From positions 537,875-601,874 of the forward strand of contig OZ246411.1 of NCBI GenBank assembly GCA_965231055.1: a DNA stretch of 64,000 bases, in the 5' to 3' direction. Source of the DNA: an uncultured Candidatus Saccharibacteria bacterium. GTDB lineage: Bacteria; Patescibacteriota; CALEFQ01; G965231055. The notes beneath the pieces were generated by a model. It made no database searches, was not told where the DNA came from, and saw nothing but the letters and a program-made list of their open reading frames with translations. Position numbers and translations under genes: made by a program. Shown here in pieces: positions 37,318 through 46,110 of this stretch. Position 1 is the stretch's first letter; each line of letters opens with the position of its first letter.

Positions 37318-38562
37318 GTGTTTTTCAAAAAGAAAAAATACAAAGACTACGCAATATCACTTGATGTGGGAACTGAGTACGTAAAGGCTCTGATTTTTGA
37401 AGTGGATAAAGAAACAAAGAAAGGTGAGGTAATAGGAAGTGGAAAAGTTCACCAGTCTCTTACCGACATGCAGGCTGGAGCAGTAACTGATATTCATGGC
37501 GTGGTTAAAAATTCAGAAAAAGCTATAGAGATGGCTGCCGAAGAGGCTAGAATTATTCCAGAAAAAGCGGTGATTGGTATCGCTGGAGAATTGGTAAAGG
37601 GTACTACTACGGTTGTGGAGTATGAGCGCGCAGATGCGAAGAAAAAGATTGATGAAAAAGAGCTTCAGATGATAGTGGAAAGAGTTCAGAGAAGAGCGTT
37701 CGAAAAAGTAAAAGAGCAAGTGGCTTCTGAAACAGGAAAAAAAGAAGTTGATGTGAAGCTTATAAATGCAGCGGTTGTGGATGTAAAAATTGATGATTAC
37801 AAAGTAGTTAATCCCATAGGATTTCAAGGCAAAAATATTTCCATGGGAGTTTTCAATGCTTATGCTCCATTGGTTCACCTCGGAGCACTTCAAACCATAG
37901 CTGAAGAATTGGAATTGGAATTAATCACGATAGCAGCAGAGCCATATGCTGTGGCAAGGGGATATGAGGGATCCGAAACTTCTGATTTCAATGCTATATT
38001 TATAGATATTGGTGGAGGTACCACGGACGTGGCGGTAGTTGAAGAAGGGGGAGTTTTGGGAACAAAAATGTTTGCCATAGGTGGACGCGCTTTTACCAAG
38101 AGAATTGCCAATGAGTTTGATATAAATTTCAAAGAAGCTGAGGCGATGAAGCTTGATTATTCAGCTGGAAAACTTGCGCCAGAGGAAATGCAACAAATCA
38201 AAGATCTGATGGATGGGGATGTAAAAGTATGGCTTTCGGGGGTGGAGCTTGCGCTATCTGAGTTTGATGTAGAACTTTTACCTTCCAGAATAATGCTTTG
38301 TGGTGGTGGCTCTGATCTTCCAAACATAGCTTCAATTTTGAAGAGTGATGGATGGCAGGGAAACCTCCCTTTTGCTAAAAAACCAAAAATTCAATTCATC
38401 ACAACAGATGATATAGCAAACATAACTGATGCTACGAAGACGCTCACGGAAAGTCAGGATGTGACACCGATGTGTCTTGCGAGCGTTGCGCTAGATGTTA
38501 TCGAAGAGCCAAACAATATTCAAAAAATAGCCAAGAGAGCGATTAGGGTTATCCAACAATAA
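37318..38562 (+). CDS. ftsA: actin-like cell division ATPase FtsA
   Basis: ISLDVGTEYVKALIFE phosphate-1 motif and IFIDIGGGTTDVAVV phosphate-2 motif. C-terminal amphipathic helix IQKIAKRAIRVIQQ. Confidence 0.7.
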   Translation: MFFKKKKYKDYAISLDVGTEYVKALIFEVDKETKKGEVIGSGKVHQSLTDMQAGAVTDIHGVVKNSEKAIEMAAEEARIIPEKAVIGIAGELVKGTTTVVEYERADAKKKIDEKELQMIVERVQRRAFEKVKEQVASETGKKEVDVKLINAAVVDVKIDDYKVVNPIGFQGKNISMGVFNAYAPLVHLGALQTIAEELELELITIAAEPYAVARGYEGSETSDFNAIFIDIGGGTTDVAVVEEGGVLGTKMFAIGGRAFTKRIANEFDINFKEAEAMKLDYSAGKLAPEEMQQIKDLMDGDVKVWLSGVELALSEFDVELLPSRIMLCGGGSDLPNIASILKSDGWQGNLPFAKKPKIQFITTDDIANITDATKTLTESQDVTPMCLASVALDVIEEPNNIQKIAKRAIRVIQQ

Positions 38563-38572
38563 TATACAAAAC

Positions 38573-40168
38573 ATGTCATCAATTTACATAGACATAGACG
38601 ATGAAATAATTGCTGTAATAGATAAACTCAAGAATCTCAAAGATGATTCGTGTATTTTGCATATTCCAAAAGATGCCATGCTTTTGCAAAGTGTTGTTAA
38701 TTTGAAATTGCTCAAAAAAGAATCAGATAAACTTGGTAAAAAAATCAAAATAAAAATAGCCAGTGAATCTGCAAAAAAGATGGTGGCCAAAGCTGGAATA
38801 GAAGTTTTGGGCGGAGTGAAGCTTGATAAAGTAGAAAAAGTTTCTGAACAGCAGTTTCATGTAGAAAAATTTGGTGAAGATGCAGTAGAGATAGATTCTC
38901 AAAAAGGTAAAAACTCACTTGAAGTAAAAAGCTACAAAATAGATACCCCCAAAAGACCTGAAATCGAAGACGAAAGCATTGATGAAAAAGAGGATCAGCC
39001 GGATGAGACAGTAAAGAGCGTAAAAATAGGTCCTAGATTTACATGGAAATGGTTTTTGATTATTTCCAGTATCGTAGTTGCTGGCCTGGTGGCTCTTTGG
39101 GTGTGGCTACCTAAAGCTAATATAATTATAGAACCTAAAAAAGATGAAATAGGAGCGATAGCAAATATCACTGTAGATAAAAATGTTACGAGCCTTGATT
39201 TAAACAAGGGAATTATTCCGGGTAAGGAACTTGTGGTTGAAAATGAGGTTTCGAAAACATTTGATGCCACGGGAGAAAAAAATACTGGAAACAAGGCTTC
39301 TGGAAAAGTTACAGTCTATAATGGCTATTCAACTATAACTCACAAGATTTTCGCCAAGACAAAGATCAAGGTTAATGAAAAAGTTTTTCTAACTACACAA
39401 ACAGTTTCGGTTCCTGGATACACTGACGCTGGTGGAAAAAAGACACTTGGGCAAGCAGAAGTTTCGGTTGAAGCTATGGATCCGGGAGAAGACTATAACA
39501 TAGGACCAACTACTTTTATATTTCCATCACTAGATGCTAACACCCAAGAACAGCTTTATGCAAAAAGCAACTCAGCATTTACAGGTGGTTCAACTCAGAT
39601 GACAAAAGCAGTTTCCGAAGACGATCTCAAAAAAGCTGAGGAAACTTTGATTTCTGAAGAGGGGAATAAGCTCAAGCAGAAATTAAGAGATGACAATGAA
39701 GGATATGTGGTGCTTGATAACGCTATAGTTTCTGAAGTTACTGACCAAAAATCATCAAAAGAAAAAGATGAAGTAAGCGATCAGTTTACATTTACCGCAA
39801 AAATCAAATTCAAAACAATTTCCTTTACAGAAGAAGACAAAGATAAAATAGTTGAAAACAAAGTACAAGTTTCAGTTCCAGATGGAATGACTATAGCCGA
39901 GGGTAGCGAGGTTTTGGATAAAATAGAAGTGAGAGATGCAAAAATAGATGAAGGAAAAATTAGTGCTTTTATACATATCACTAGAACATCAGTCGCAAGT
40001 ATAAAAACAGATGAAATCGCAAGTTTAGTAGGCGGTTACGGAAAATCAGAAGCGGAAGAGATGATAAAAAATAAATTTAACGTAGCTAATTCCGAAGTTG
40101 TACTCTGGCCATTTTGGGCTACAAAAATTCCAAGGATTGCTTCCAGGGTGTCAGTGGAGATAAAATAG
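38573..40168 (+). CDS. hypothetical bitopic membrane protein (cytoplasmic N-domain, one TM, large beta-rich extracytoplasmic domain)
   Basis: TM helix FLIISSIVVAGLVALWVWL at about aa 165. No catalytic motif. Sits directly downstream of ftsA where ftsZ is normally found. Confidence 0.45.
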   Translation: MSSIYIDIDDEIIAVIDKLKNLKDDSCILHIPKDAMLLQSVVNLKLLKKESDKLGKKIKIKIASESAKKMVAKAGIEVLGGVKLDKVEKVSEQQFHVEKFGEDAVEIDSQKGKNSLEVKSYKIDTPKRPEIEDESIDEKEDQPDETVKSVKIGPRFTWKWFLIISSIVVAGLVALWVWLPKANIIIEPKKDEIGAIANITVDKNVTSLDLNKGIIPGKELVVENEVSKTFDATGEKNTGNKASGKVTVYNGYSTITHKIFAKTKIKVNEKVFLTTQTVSVPGYTDAGGKKTLGQAEVSVEAMDPGEDYNIGPTTFIFPSLDANTQEQLYAKSNSAFTGGSTQMTKAVSEDDLKKAEETLISEEGNKLKQKLRDDNEGYVVLDNAIVSEVTDQKSSKEKDEVSDQFTFTAKIKFKTISFTEEDKDKIVENKVQVSVPDGMTIAEGSEVLDKIEVRDAKIDEGKISAFIHITRTSVASIKTDEIASLVGGYGKSEAEEMIKNKFNVANSEVVLWPFWATKIPRIASRVSVEIK

Positions 40169-40245
40169 TTTTTGACAAACTATAGTAATTATATATACTT
40201 TAGCACGCACAATAATGTGCCACGTTCATTTCAGGAGGGTATTTT

Positions 40246-40455
40246 ATGGCAAATGATGGTATTTCTGATATTGCGCAGGAAGGAACTCGAGGCACGAAGA
40301 TGTATGAGCTTTTATCCGGGATTCAAGCATTTGGTCGTGATCGTTTTTGCGGTTTACCTTTGTTCTTAGGTGAAGAAAGAAGAACTGATCCCGATACGAT
40401 GCCTGCTCAAGACAAATTGCATTTTGCAACATCCCTTCGCCTTTTTGGTGAGTAA
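40246..40455 (+). CDS. small hypothetical protein (69 aa) in a GC-rich island
   Basis: SD AGGAGGG 6 nt upstream of the ATG. A stable stem-loop (40466-40488) lies 10 nt after the stop. No homology recognised. Confidence 0.3.
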   Translation: MANDGISDIAQEGTRGTKMYELLSGIQAFGRDRFCGLPLFLGEERRTDPDTMPAQDKLHFATSLRLFGE

Positions 40456-40498
40456 ATCACTCTGCGGGGTAGATTTCAAATCTGCCCCAACACACCTC

Positions 40499-40527
40499 TT
40501 GACACAAAAAGCAGTCTTTGGTAAACT
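40499..40527 (+). promoter_or_regulatory. sigma70-like promoter TTGACA - 17 nt - TGGTAAACT for the infA-rpmJ-rps operon
   Basis: Consensus -35 box, 17-nt spacer, TGn-extended -10-like hexamer. About 85-nt leader to the infA ATG. Confidence 0.5.
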
Positions 40528-40614
40528 CGCTATGTTAATAGTTTATACACGAACTCGGGCTGAAACTCCAATTACGCGTTTTGAGCCCTTTAATTGGGCT
40601 TTTTAGTTATATTT

Positions 40615-40839
40615 ATGGCGAAAAAACAGGATATTATAGAGGTAAAAGGAACCGTACTGGAAACACTTCCGAGTACGATGTTTAAGGTGCGCCTTGAAAA
40701 TGGACACGAGATATTAGCCCATATATCGGGTAAGATGAGAATGAACTATATAAAAATACTTCCTGGTGACGAGGTGATGGTGGAAATGACACCATATGAT
40801 CTTAGTCGTGGAAGAATAACTCATAGAGGAATAAAATAG
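40615..40839 (+). CDS. infA: translation initiation factor IF-1
   Basis: [14 protein letters not shown]...[16 protein letters not shown]...RGRI S1-like OB fold. Start moved to the internal ATG at 40615. Confidence 0.9.
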   Translation: MAKKQDIIEVKGTVLETLPSTMFKVRLENGHEILAHISGKMRMNYIKILPGDEVMVEMTPYDLSRGRITHRGIK

Positions 40840-40891
40840 TTTTTGGACGTGCGTTTTAACCGATAAAACGCATCGCTAAAAGCTAATTTAA

Positions 40892-41005
40892 ATGAAAGTC
40901 AGGACTTCAGTCAAAAAAATTTGTGATAAATGCAAAATCATAAGACGCAAAGGAGTTTTGCGAGTTGTTTGTGTGAATAAGAAACACAAGCAAAGACAAG
41001 GTTAA
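40892..41005 (+). CDS. rpmJ: 50S ribosomal protein L36
   Basis: 37-aa product [37 protein letters not shown] with the CxxC...C...H zinc ribbon. Too short for the ORF track. Confidence 0.85.
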   Translation: MKVRTSVKKICDKCKIIRRKGVLRVVCVNKKHKQRQG

Positions 41006-41025
41006 GCTAATCTAATTATTATAAA

Positions 41026-41415
41026 ATGGCTCGTATAGCAGGAGTACAACTACCAAATACAAAACGCATAGAAATAGGACTTACCTATATTTATGGTATT
41101 GGCCCGACTCAGAGTAAAAAAATTCTTGGTCAGGTTGGAATAGACTCAAATATAAGAGTCAAAGATCTTAGCCCCGCTGATGAAGGAAAACTGAAAGATT
41201 TTATTGAAAAGAATTACAAAGTAGAAGGAGACCTTCGAAGAGAGAAAATGATGAATATCAAGCGACTCAAAGAAATTGGTTCATACAGAGGAAGCAGACA
41301 TGCCAAAGGACTTCCAGCAAGGGGTCAAAATACCAAAAGAAATTCTAGAACTGTGAGAGGAAATGCAAGACATACAGCTGGTAGCGGAAGAAAATCAGCA
41401 TCAGAAAAAACCTAA
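41026..41415 (+). CDS. rpsM: 30S ribosomal protein S13
   Basis: [26 protein letters not shown] signature. Confidence 0.95.
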   Translation: MARIAGVQLPNTKRIEIGLTYIYGIGPTQSKKILGQVGIDSNIRVKDLSPADEGKLKDFIEKNYKVEGDLRREKMMNIKRLKEIGSYRGSRHAKGLPARGQNTKRNSRTVRGNARHTAGSGRKSASEKT

Positions 41416-41441
41416 ACAATAATTCTTAAATAACTAGATAA

Positions 41442-41966
41442 ATGGAAGAAAAGAAGACAAAGACAACTGAAGATAAAAAACCGGCTAGCGAAGTAGCCGA
41501 AGCGCCAACAGCCAAAGGAAAAAAGGCAAAGGCGGAAAAACCTGTAGCTGAGAAAAAAGGCTCGGTTTCTTCTAGTTATGCCAAGAAAAAGGCAAAGAAA
41601 AAAGGTAAGCCTATTAGAAAAATTTCGAGAGCAAAGGTTTATATAAAAACTTCTTATAACAATACTATAGTTACCATAACCGACCTAAATGGTTCTGTGC
41701 TTGCATGGGCGACTGCTGGAAACGCTGGTTTCAAAGGTGCTAAAAAATCTACACCTTATGCCGCAGGAATAGTTGCTAGAAATGTTGCAGAATCAGTTGT
41801 GCCTTATGGAGTAAAAGAACTTGATGTATATCTAAGAGGAGTTGGAATGGGTAGAGAAGCTGCGGTTAGAGGATTGCAGACTTCAGGACTTGAAATTTTG
41901 AGCATGAAAGATATTACTCCTATTCCTCACAACGGATGCAGACCAAGAAAAGCACGAAGAGTTTAG
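41442..41966 (+). CDS. rpsK: 30S ribosomal protein S11 with a Lys/Ala-rich N-terminal extension of about 50 aa
   Basis: Core AKVYIKTSYNNTIVTITDLNGSVLAWATAGNAGFKG. Preceded by a low-complexity KKAKAEK-rich extension. Confidence 0.9.
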   Translation: MEEKKTKTTEDKKPASEVAEAPTAKGKKAKAEKPVAEKKGSVSSSYAKKKAKKKGKPIRKISRAKVYIKTSYNNTIVTITDLNGSVLAWATAGNAGFKGAKKSTPYAAGIVARNVAESVVPYGVKELDVYLRGVGMGREAAVRGLQTSGLEILSMKDITPIPHNGCRPRKARRV

Positions 41967-42087
41967 TATAAAAAAAGTATTAAGGGAAGCGAGATATTAA
42001 GAAGTTAAAGAATTACATTGAATGAATTGTCTTAGTATCTCGATTCTCTTAATACATTACGTTTAATCACCTAACAATTTTAAACAA

Positions 42088-42717
42088 GTGGCAAGAAATA
42101 TAGACGCAAAATGTAGGCAGTGCCGAAGGGCAGATGAAAAACTCTTTTTAAAGGGTCAGCGTTGCGGTACAGCAAAATGCGCAATGGTAAAGCGTCCTTA
42201 TGCGCCAGGACAACGACACGAAGATAGTCATTCTAGATTGTCAGAATATGGTTTTCAGCTCAGAGAAAAGCAAAAGCTCAAAAAGATTTATGGAGTTTTG
42301 GAAAGACAATTCAGAAAATATTTTGATGCAGCGAGCAGGAAAAAAGGAGTAACAGGAGAAATACTTTTGAGAAATTTGGAATTAAGACTTGATAATGTTG
42401 TGTATAGACTAGGTTTCGCATCCTCAAGAGCCTCAGCTAGACAGCTAGTGAGACATGGCTTCGTAGAGGTCAATGGAAAGAAAGTGAACATACCTTCTTT
42501 TTCAGCAAAAAAAGACAATACAATTATCTTTAGAAAGAATAAAGAGAAGAAAAAGAATGTTGAATTGGTTTTGAAGTCATTGGACAAAAAAACCGTTCCT
42601 TCTTGGTTGTCTCTTGATGTAAAAAAAGCTGAAGGCAAGATTTTAGAACTACCATCCAAGAGTCAGATAGATACATCGGCAGATGTAAAGGCGGTAGTTG
42701 AGCTCTACTCAAAATAA
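42088..42717 (+). CDS. rpsD: 30S ribosomal protein S4
   Basis: GTG start. N-terminal zinc-finger cysteines (CRQCRR...CGTAKC). S4 domain LDNVVYRLGFASSRASARQLV. Confidence 0.9.
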   Translation: MARNIDAKCRQCRRADEKLFLKGQRCGTAKCAMVKRPYAPGQRHEDSHSRLSEYGFQLREKQKLKKIYGVLERQFRKYFDAASRKKGVTGEILLRNLELRLDNVVYRLGFASSRASARQLVRHGFVEVNGKKVNIPSFSAKKDNTIIFRKNKEKKKNVELVLKSLDKKTVPSWLSLDVKKAEGKILELPSKSQIDTSADVKAVVELYSK

Positions 42718-42755
42718 TTCATTTTAGTGGCTATAGCCAATTAATATAAAATTAC

Positions 42756-43730
42756 ATGGAAGAAATCAAAACCCCTAATAAAATATTTTTTGAGAAACTT
42801 GAAGGTGACAAGGGTACTCTTATTATTTCTCCTTGCTATCCTGGATATGGAACCACTATCGCAAACTCACTAAGACGAGTTTTGCTTTCTTCACTTCCTG
42901 GAAGTGCTATTACCTCAATCAATGTCAAAGGGGTAGATCATGAATTTTCAACAATAGACGGTGTCAAAGAAGATTTTATAGATATTATTTTGAATCTTAA
43001 ACAGGCTAGAGTGAAGGTTTTCTCAGATGAGCCAGTTAAGCTAAATTTCAAGGGCAAAGTGAAAAAACAACTAACGCTAGGAGACTTTAAGGCCGGAAGT
43101 GATGTGGAAATAGTAAACAAGGATCTTAAAATTGCTACAGTTTCAGATAGCGGAATCGAGCTTGAAATAGAAGCTACTGCTCAAAAAGGCAGAGGATATG
43201 AGGCGGTAGAAAGCAGAGAAAAAGATTCTCTCACTGTTGGCGCTATTGCTATTGACGCTGCATATACTCCTGTAAAGAGAGTTAGCTACAAAGTAGAAAG
43301 CGTTCGAGTAGGACAAAGAACTGATTTTGATAAAATAGAAATGGAAGTTATTACGGATGGAAGTATTAGTCCTAAAGAAGCCGTAGAACAAGCCGCCAAA
43401 ATTTTGGTTGAACAATTTTCAAGTGTTTCAAAGATTTCAGAAGATTCAAAGACTGAAGGATTGGAAATAAGCAGTGAAGTTAGTGACGTTGTCACTTCGA
43501 AGAAGCAGAAAGAAAAGGTTGAGACCACGGGTGACTTGATTGAAGAGACAAAGTTTTCAACAAGAACTATGAATGCACTTCATGCATCAGGACTAAAAAC
43601 ATTGCAAGAAGTAGCTGAAAGATCTGAGCCTGAATTACTAGCTATTGATGGTGTGGGAAAGACTTCCATAGATGAAATAAGAAAAGCATTAAAGAAAAAA
43701 TCACTTAATTTAAAAGACGATGCAGCATAA
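42756..43730 (+). CDS. rpoA: DNA-directed RNA polymerase alpha subunit
   Basis: N-terminal dimerisation domain (GYGTTIANSLRRVLLSSLPGSAI) and a C-terminal alphaCTD HhH. Ribosomal operon context. Confidence 0.9.
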   Translation: MEEIKTPNKIFFEKLEGDKGTLIISPCYPGYGTTIANSLRRVLLSSLPGSAITSINVKGVDHEFSTIDGVKEDFIDIILNLKQARVKVFSDEPVKLNFKGKVKKQLTLGDFKAGSDVEIVNKDLKIATVSDSGIELEIEATAQKGRGYEAVESREKDSLTVGAIAIDAAYTPVKRVSYKVESVRVGQRTDFDKIEMEVITDGSISPKEAVEQAAKILVEQFSSVSKISEDSKTEGLEISSEVSDVVTSKKQKEKVETTGDLIEETKFSTRTMNALHASGLKTLQEVAERSEPELLAIDGVGKTSIDEIRKALKKKSLNLKDDAA

Positions 43731-44079
43731 GAGTTCACATAGAAAATTAGGTAGAACAGCCGATAAACGCAGACATCTTTTGCGCCAGCTTGCTGCGGGT
43801 CTTGTTTTGAATGAAAAAACAGAGACTACGATAGCAAAGGCTAAAGAGTTGAAGCGCTACGCAGATTCAATGATCTCAAAGGCAGTTACTGCCAAGGATT
43901 CAAAAACCGCTAAGGATAAGATTTCTAAGTTTTTGGTTGATAAAAAAGCTATTGTAAAGTGTGCCACAAAGCTGAAAACAGAATTGAAAGATAGAAGAGG
44001 TGGTTATACTAGAATAATTAAAATGGGAAATAGACTAGGCGACGGAACACAGATGGCTAAAGTAGAAATAGTAAAATAA
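43720..44079 (+). CDS. rplQ: 50S ribosomal protein L17
   Basis: HRKLGRTADKRRHLLRQLAAGLV signature. Confidence 0.9.
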   Translation: MQHKSSHRKLGRTADKRRHLLRQLAAGLVLNEKTETTIAKAKELKRYADSMISKAVTAKDSKTAKDKISKFLVDKKAIVKCATKLKTELKDRRGGYTRIIKMGNRLGDGTQMAKVEIVK

Positions 44080-44083
44080 ACTC

Positions 44084-44458
44084 ATGAAAACAACGATATT
44101 GAAAAAAGAGACCCTAAAAAGAGAAGAGCATGAAATAGATGCGACTGGTTTGGTTTTGGGTAGACTTGCTACAAAAATTGCAGTTGTGATTATGGGAAAG
44201 AATAGAGTTGATTATACTCCTCATGTCGATTGCGGTGGATTTGTTAAAATCAAGAATTTGGAAAAACTAAATATATATCCTCAGAAAGAAGAGAAGAAAT
44301 ATTATACTCACAGTTTGTATCCTGGCGGACTAAAAACTACAACTCTTAAGGATTTGTGGGCCAAGAGTCCAAAACAGGTTATTATGCTTGCAGTTCGCAG
44401 AATGTTGCCTGACAATACCCTTAGAAAGGCTAGATTGTCTAGAATTTCTTTTAAGTAA
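44084..44458 (+). CDS. rplM: 50S ribosomal protein L13
   Basis: GRLATKIAVVIMGKNR...TPHVDCGGFV signature. Confidence 0.9.
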   Translation: MKTTILKKETLKREEHEIDATGLVLGRLATKIAVVIMGKNRVDYTPHVDCGGFVKIKNLEKLNIYPQKEEKKYYTHSLYPGGLKTTTLKDLWAKSPKQVIMLAVRRMLPDNTLRKARLSRISFK

Positions 44459-44466
44459 ATTGAATT

Positions 44467-44904
44467 ATGAAAAAAGTAAATTATACAAAAGAAGTAAGTA
44501 CATCTGATCCTATCTTAAAGGGTAAGTATTTTTATGGAGTAGGCCGCAGAAAACGATCAGTGGCTCAGGTCAGACTATATCCTGAAAAGTCAGGTGTATT
44601 TGTGAACGGGAAAGAAGCTGATAAGTTTTGGAGCAAAGGGCTTTTGGAAGATGTTTTGAAACCATTGGTTTTAACTGGTCTTGATAAAAAATTTGGTATT
44701 GTGGCAAATGTGCACGGTGGTGGCAAGTCAGGTTCATCTATTGCTGCGAGACTTGGAGTCGCTAGGGCACTGCTTGTTTATGATGCCAAGATAAGAATTC
44801 AAATCAAACCACAGGGAATGCTAAAGAGAGATTCTAGAAAGAAGGAAAGAAAGAAAGCCGGTTTACACAAAGCCAGAAGAGGTCACCAATTCTCAAAGCG
44901 TTAA
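44467..44904 (+). CDS. rpsI: 30S ribosomal protein S9
   Basis: GGGKSGSSIAARLGVARALL and the C-terminal RKKERKKAGLHKARRGHQFSKR. Confidence 0.9.
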   Translation: MKKVNYTKEVSTSDPILKGKYFYGVGRRKRSVAQVRLYPEKSGVFVNGKEADKFWSKGLLEDVLKPLVLTGLDKKFGIVANVHGGGKSGSSIAARLGVARALLVYDAKIRIQIKPQGMLKRDSRKKERKKAGLHKARRGHQFSKR

Positions 44905-44931
44905 AATTTTTGATAATTTCAGTTTATATAG

Positions 44932-44970
44932 AAAATTCGCCTATCAATTTGTTGGGCGAATTTTATTTTG
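44932..44970 (+). terminator. rho-independent terminator after rpsI (AAATTCGCC...GGCGAATTT + TATTTTG)
   Basis: 9-bp stem, 13-nt loop, T-rich tail. Confidence 0.5.
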
Positions 44971-45022
44971 ATAATAAGATCTTTTGAGATATAATATCTA
45001 ATATATTAAATAAAATTAATTT

Positions 45023-46000
45023 ATGTTTGGAAAAAATCGAGAAGCGTTTGATTTGAAACCCGAGTCCAATGATCTTAGTTTTGAGAAACAGATGGGGCAA
45101 AAAATTGAAACCAATTTTGGTTTTGTTGTAGACGCTAAGCCGTTGAACCCCAAAAGCGAAGTTCCTGTTTTGGTGGCTCCTGGTTGGGCCGGCACACCTG
45201 AAACATATAAAGCGACAGCTCGTGAACAATTTATTGCAGGTAGGGAGACTTTGTCTATCAATCATTCTCGTATAAAGCCTAATTTAGAATCAAGTAAAGA
45301 AAAAACTGACTTGCCGATTGCTCAGTTTAAGCGTGTTTTAAATATCATTGAAGCAATAGAGAAGACTGGTCATGAAAAAACTGATTGTATTGCTCATTCA
45401 CAGGGTGGAATAGATGTCGTAATTGCTGCGAAAATTAGACCCGATTTATTTCAAGGACGAAATTTGGTTCTTATGAATTCAGCGGGTCTCGTGGGGGAGT
45501 TAAGCTTTTTTGAGTTGTTTAATAGATTTGCCATTGAGCAAAGTATTAAAACTACACTAAAAACTTTTACCAAGCCTGCGTCTATGAAATACGTTGCTCT
45601 TTATATGAAGGAGTTTACTAAGTATGTAGCATCAAATCCCAAACTTGCGCTTGAGGAAGTTCGAGCGATAACAAAAGCTGACATATACAAGGCTCTGGCT
45701 GAAATTCACGAGGCTGGCGTTAAAATTGCCGTGGTGGCTGGGGTTGATGATCCTGTTTTTCCGATGAATGAAATTCAGGAGAAAACAAAACGAGAAAAGT
45801 CAGTTGTTGATCATGATGGAGAACCAATAAAATACGAGCCAAGTCCAGCTATAGATGGCGGTTTTTATCACAACGGAAAACTAATTATAGATGGTTTTTA
45901 TTCTGTCAGAGGTGATCACGCAGAGCTTTTGTTTAATCCAAAGCAATATGGGGCTGCGGCAGAAAAAGTTTTATCGGCCTTGGAAAAAAAGCGAGTATAG
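45023..46000 (+). CDS. alpha/beta-hydrolase fold esterase/lipase-like protein
   Basis: GxSxG nucleophile elbow (AHSQGG). Length 325 aa. Confidence 0.55.
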   Translation: MFGKNREAFDLKPESNDLSFEKQMGQKIETNFGFVVDAKPLNPKSEVPVLVAPGWAGTPETYKATAREQFIAGRETLSINHSRIKPNLESSKEKTDLPIAQFKRVLNIIEAIEKTGHEKTDCIAHSQGGIDVVIAAKIRPDLFQGRNLVLMNSAGLVGELSFFELFNRFAIEQSIKTTLKTFTKPASMKYVALYMKEFTKYVASNPKLALEEVRAITKADIYKALAEIHEAGVKIAVVAGVDDPVFPMNEIQEKTKREKSVVDHDGEPIKYEPSPAIDGGFYHNGKLIIDGFYSVRGDHAELLFNPKQYGAAAEKVLSALEKKRV

Positions 46001-46030
46001 TTTATGTCAATCTTTCTATGACTATATTTA

Positions 46031-46056
46031 AACCAGCCCATTTGGGCTGGTTTTTT
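46031..46056. terminator. bidirectional terminator hairpin (AACCAGCCC-ATTT-GGGCTGGTT) between convergent genes
   Basis: Perfect 9-bp GC-rich stem flanked by an A-tract upstream and a T-tract downstream. Confidence 0.65.
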
Positions 46057-46110
46057 GAAGCTTTAGTGTTGCAGTTTTATTCGTTAAGAATTTGAGGGTT
46101 TACTTTGTGA

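Noticed and set aside
40464-40490. tRNA/tmRNA T-arm-like hairpin (GGGGTAGA-TTTCAAA-TCTGCCCC)
   Set aside because: The stem is 8 bp (a T-arm is 5 bp). There is no acceptor stem partner, no CCA and no D/anticodon arms nearby. I could not identify a tmRNA tag reading frame (…ALAA*), GGGG...UUCGAC 5' motifs, or RNase P / SRP signature sequences in either GC-rich island.
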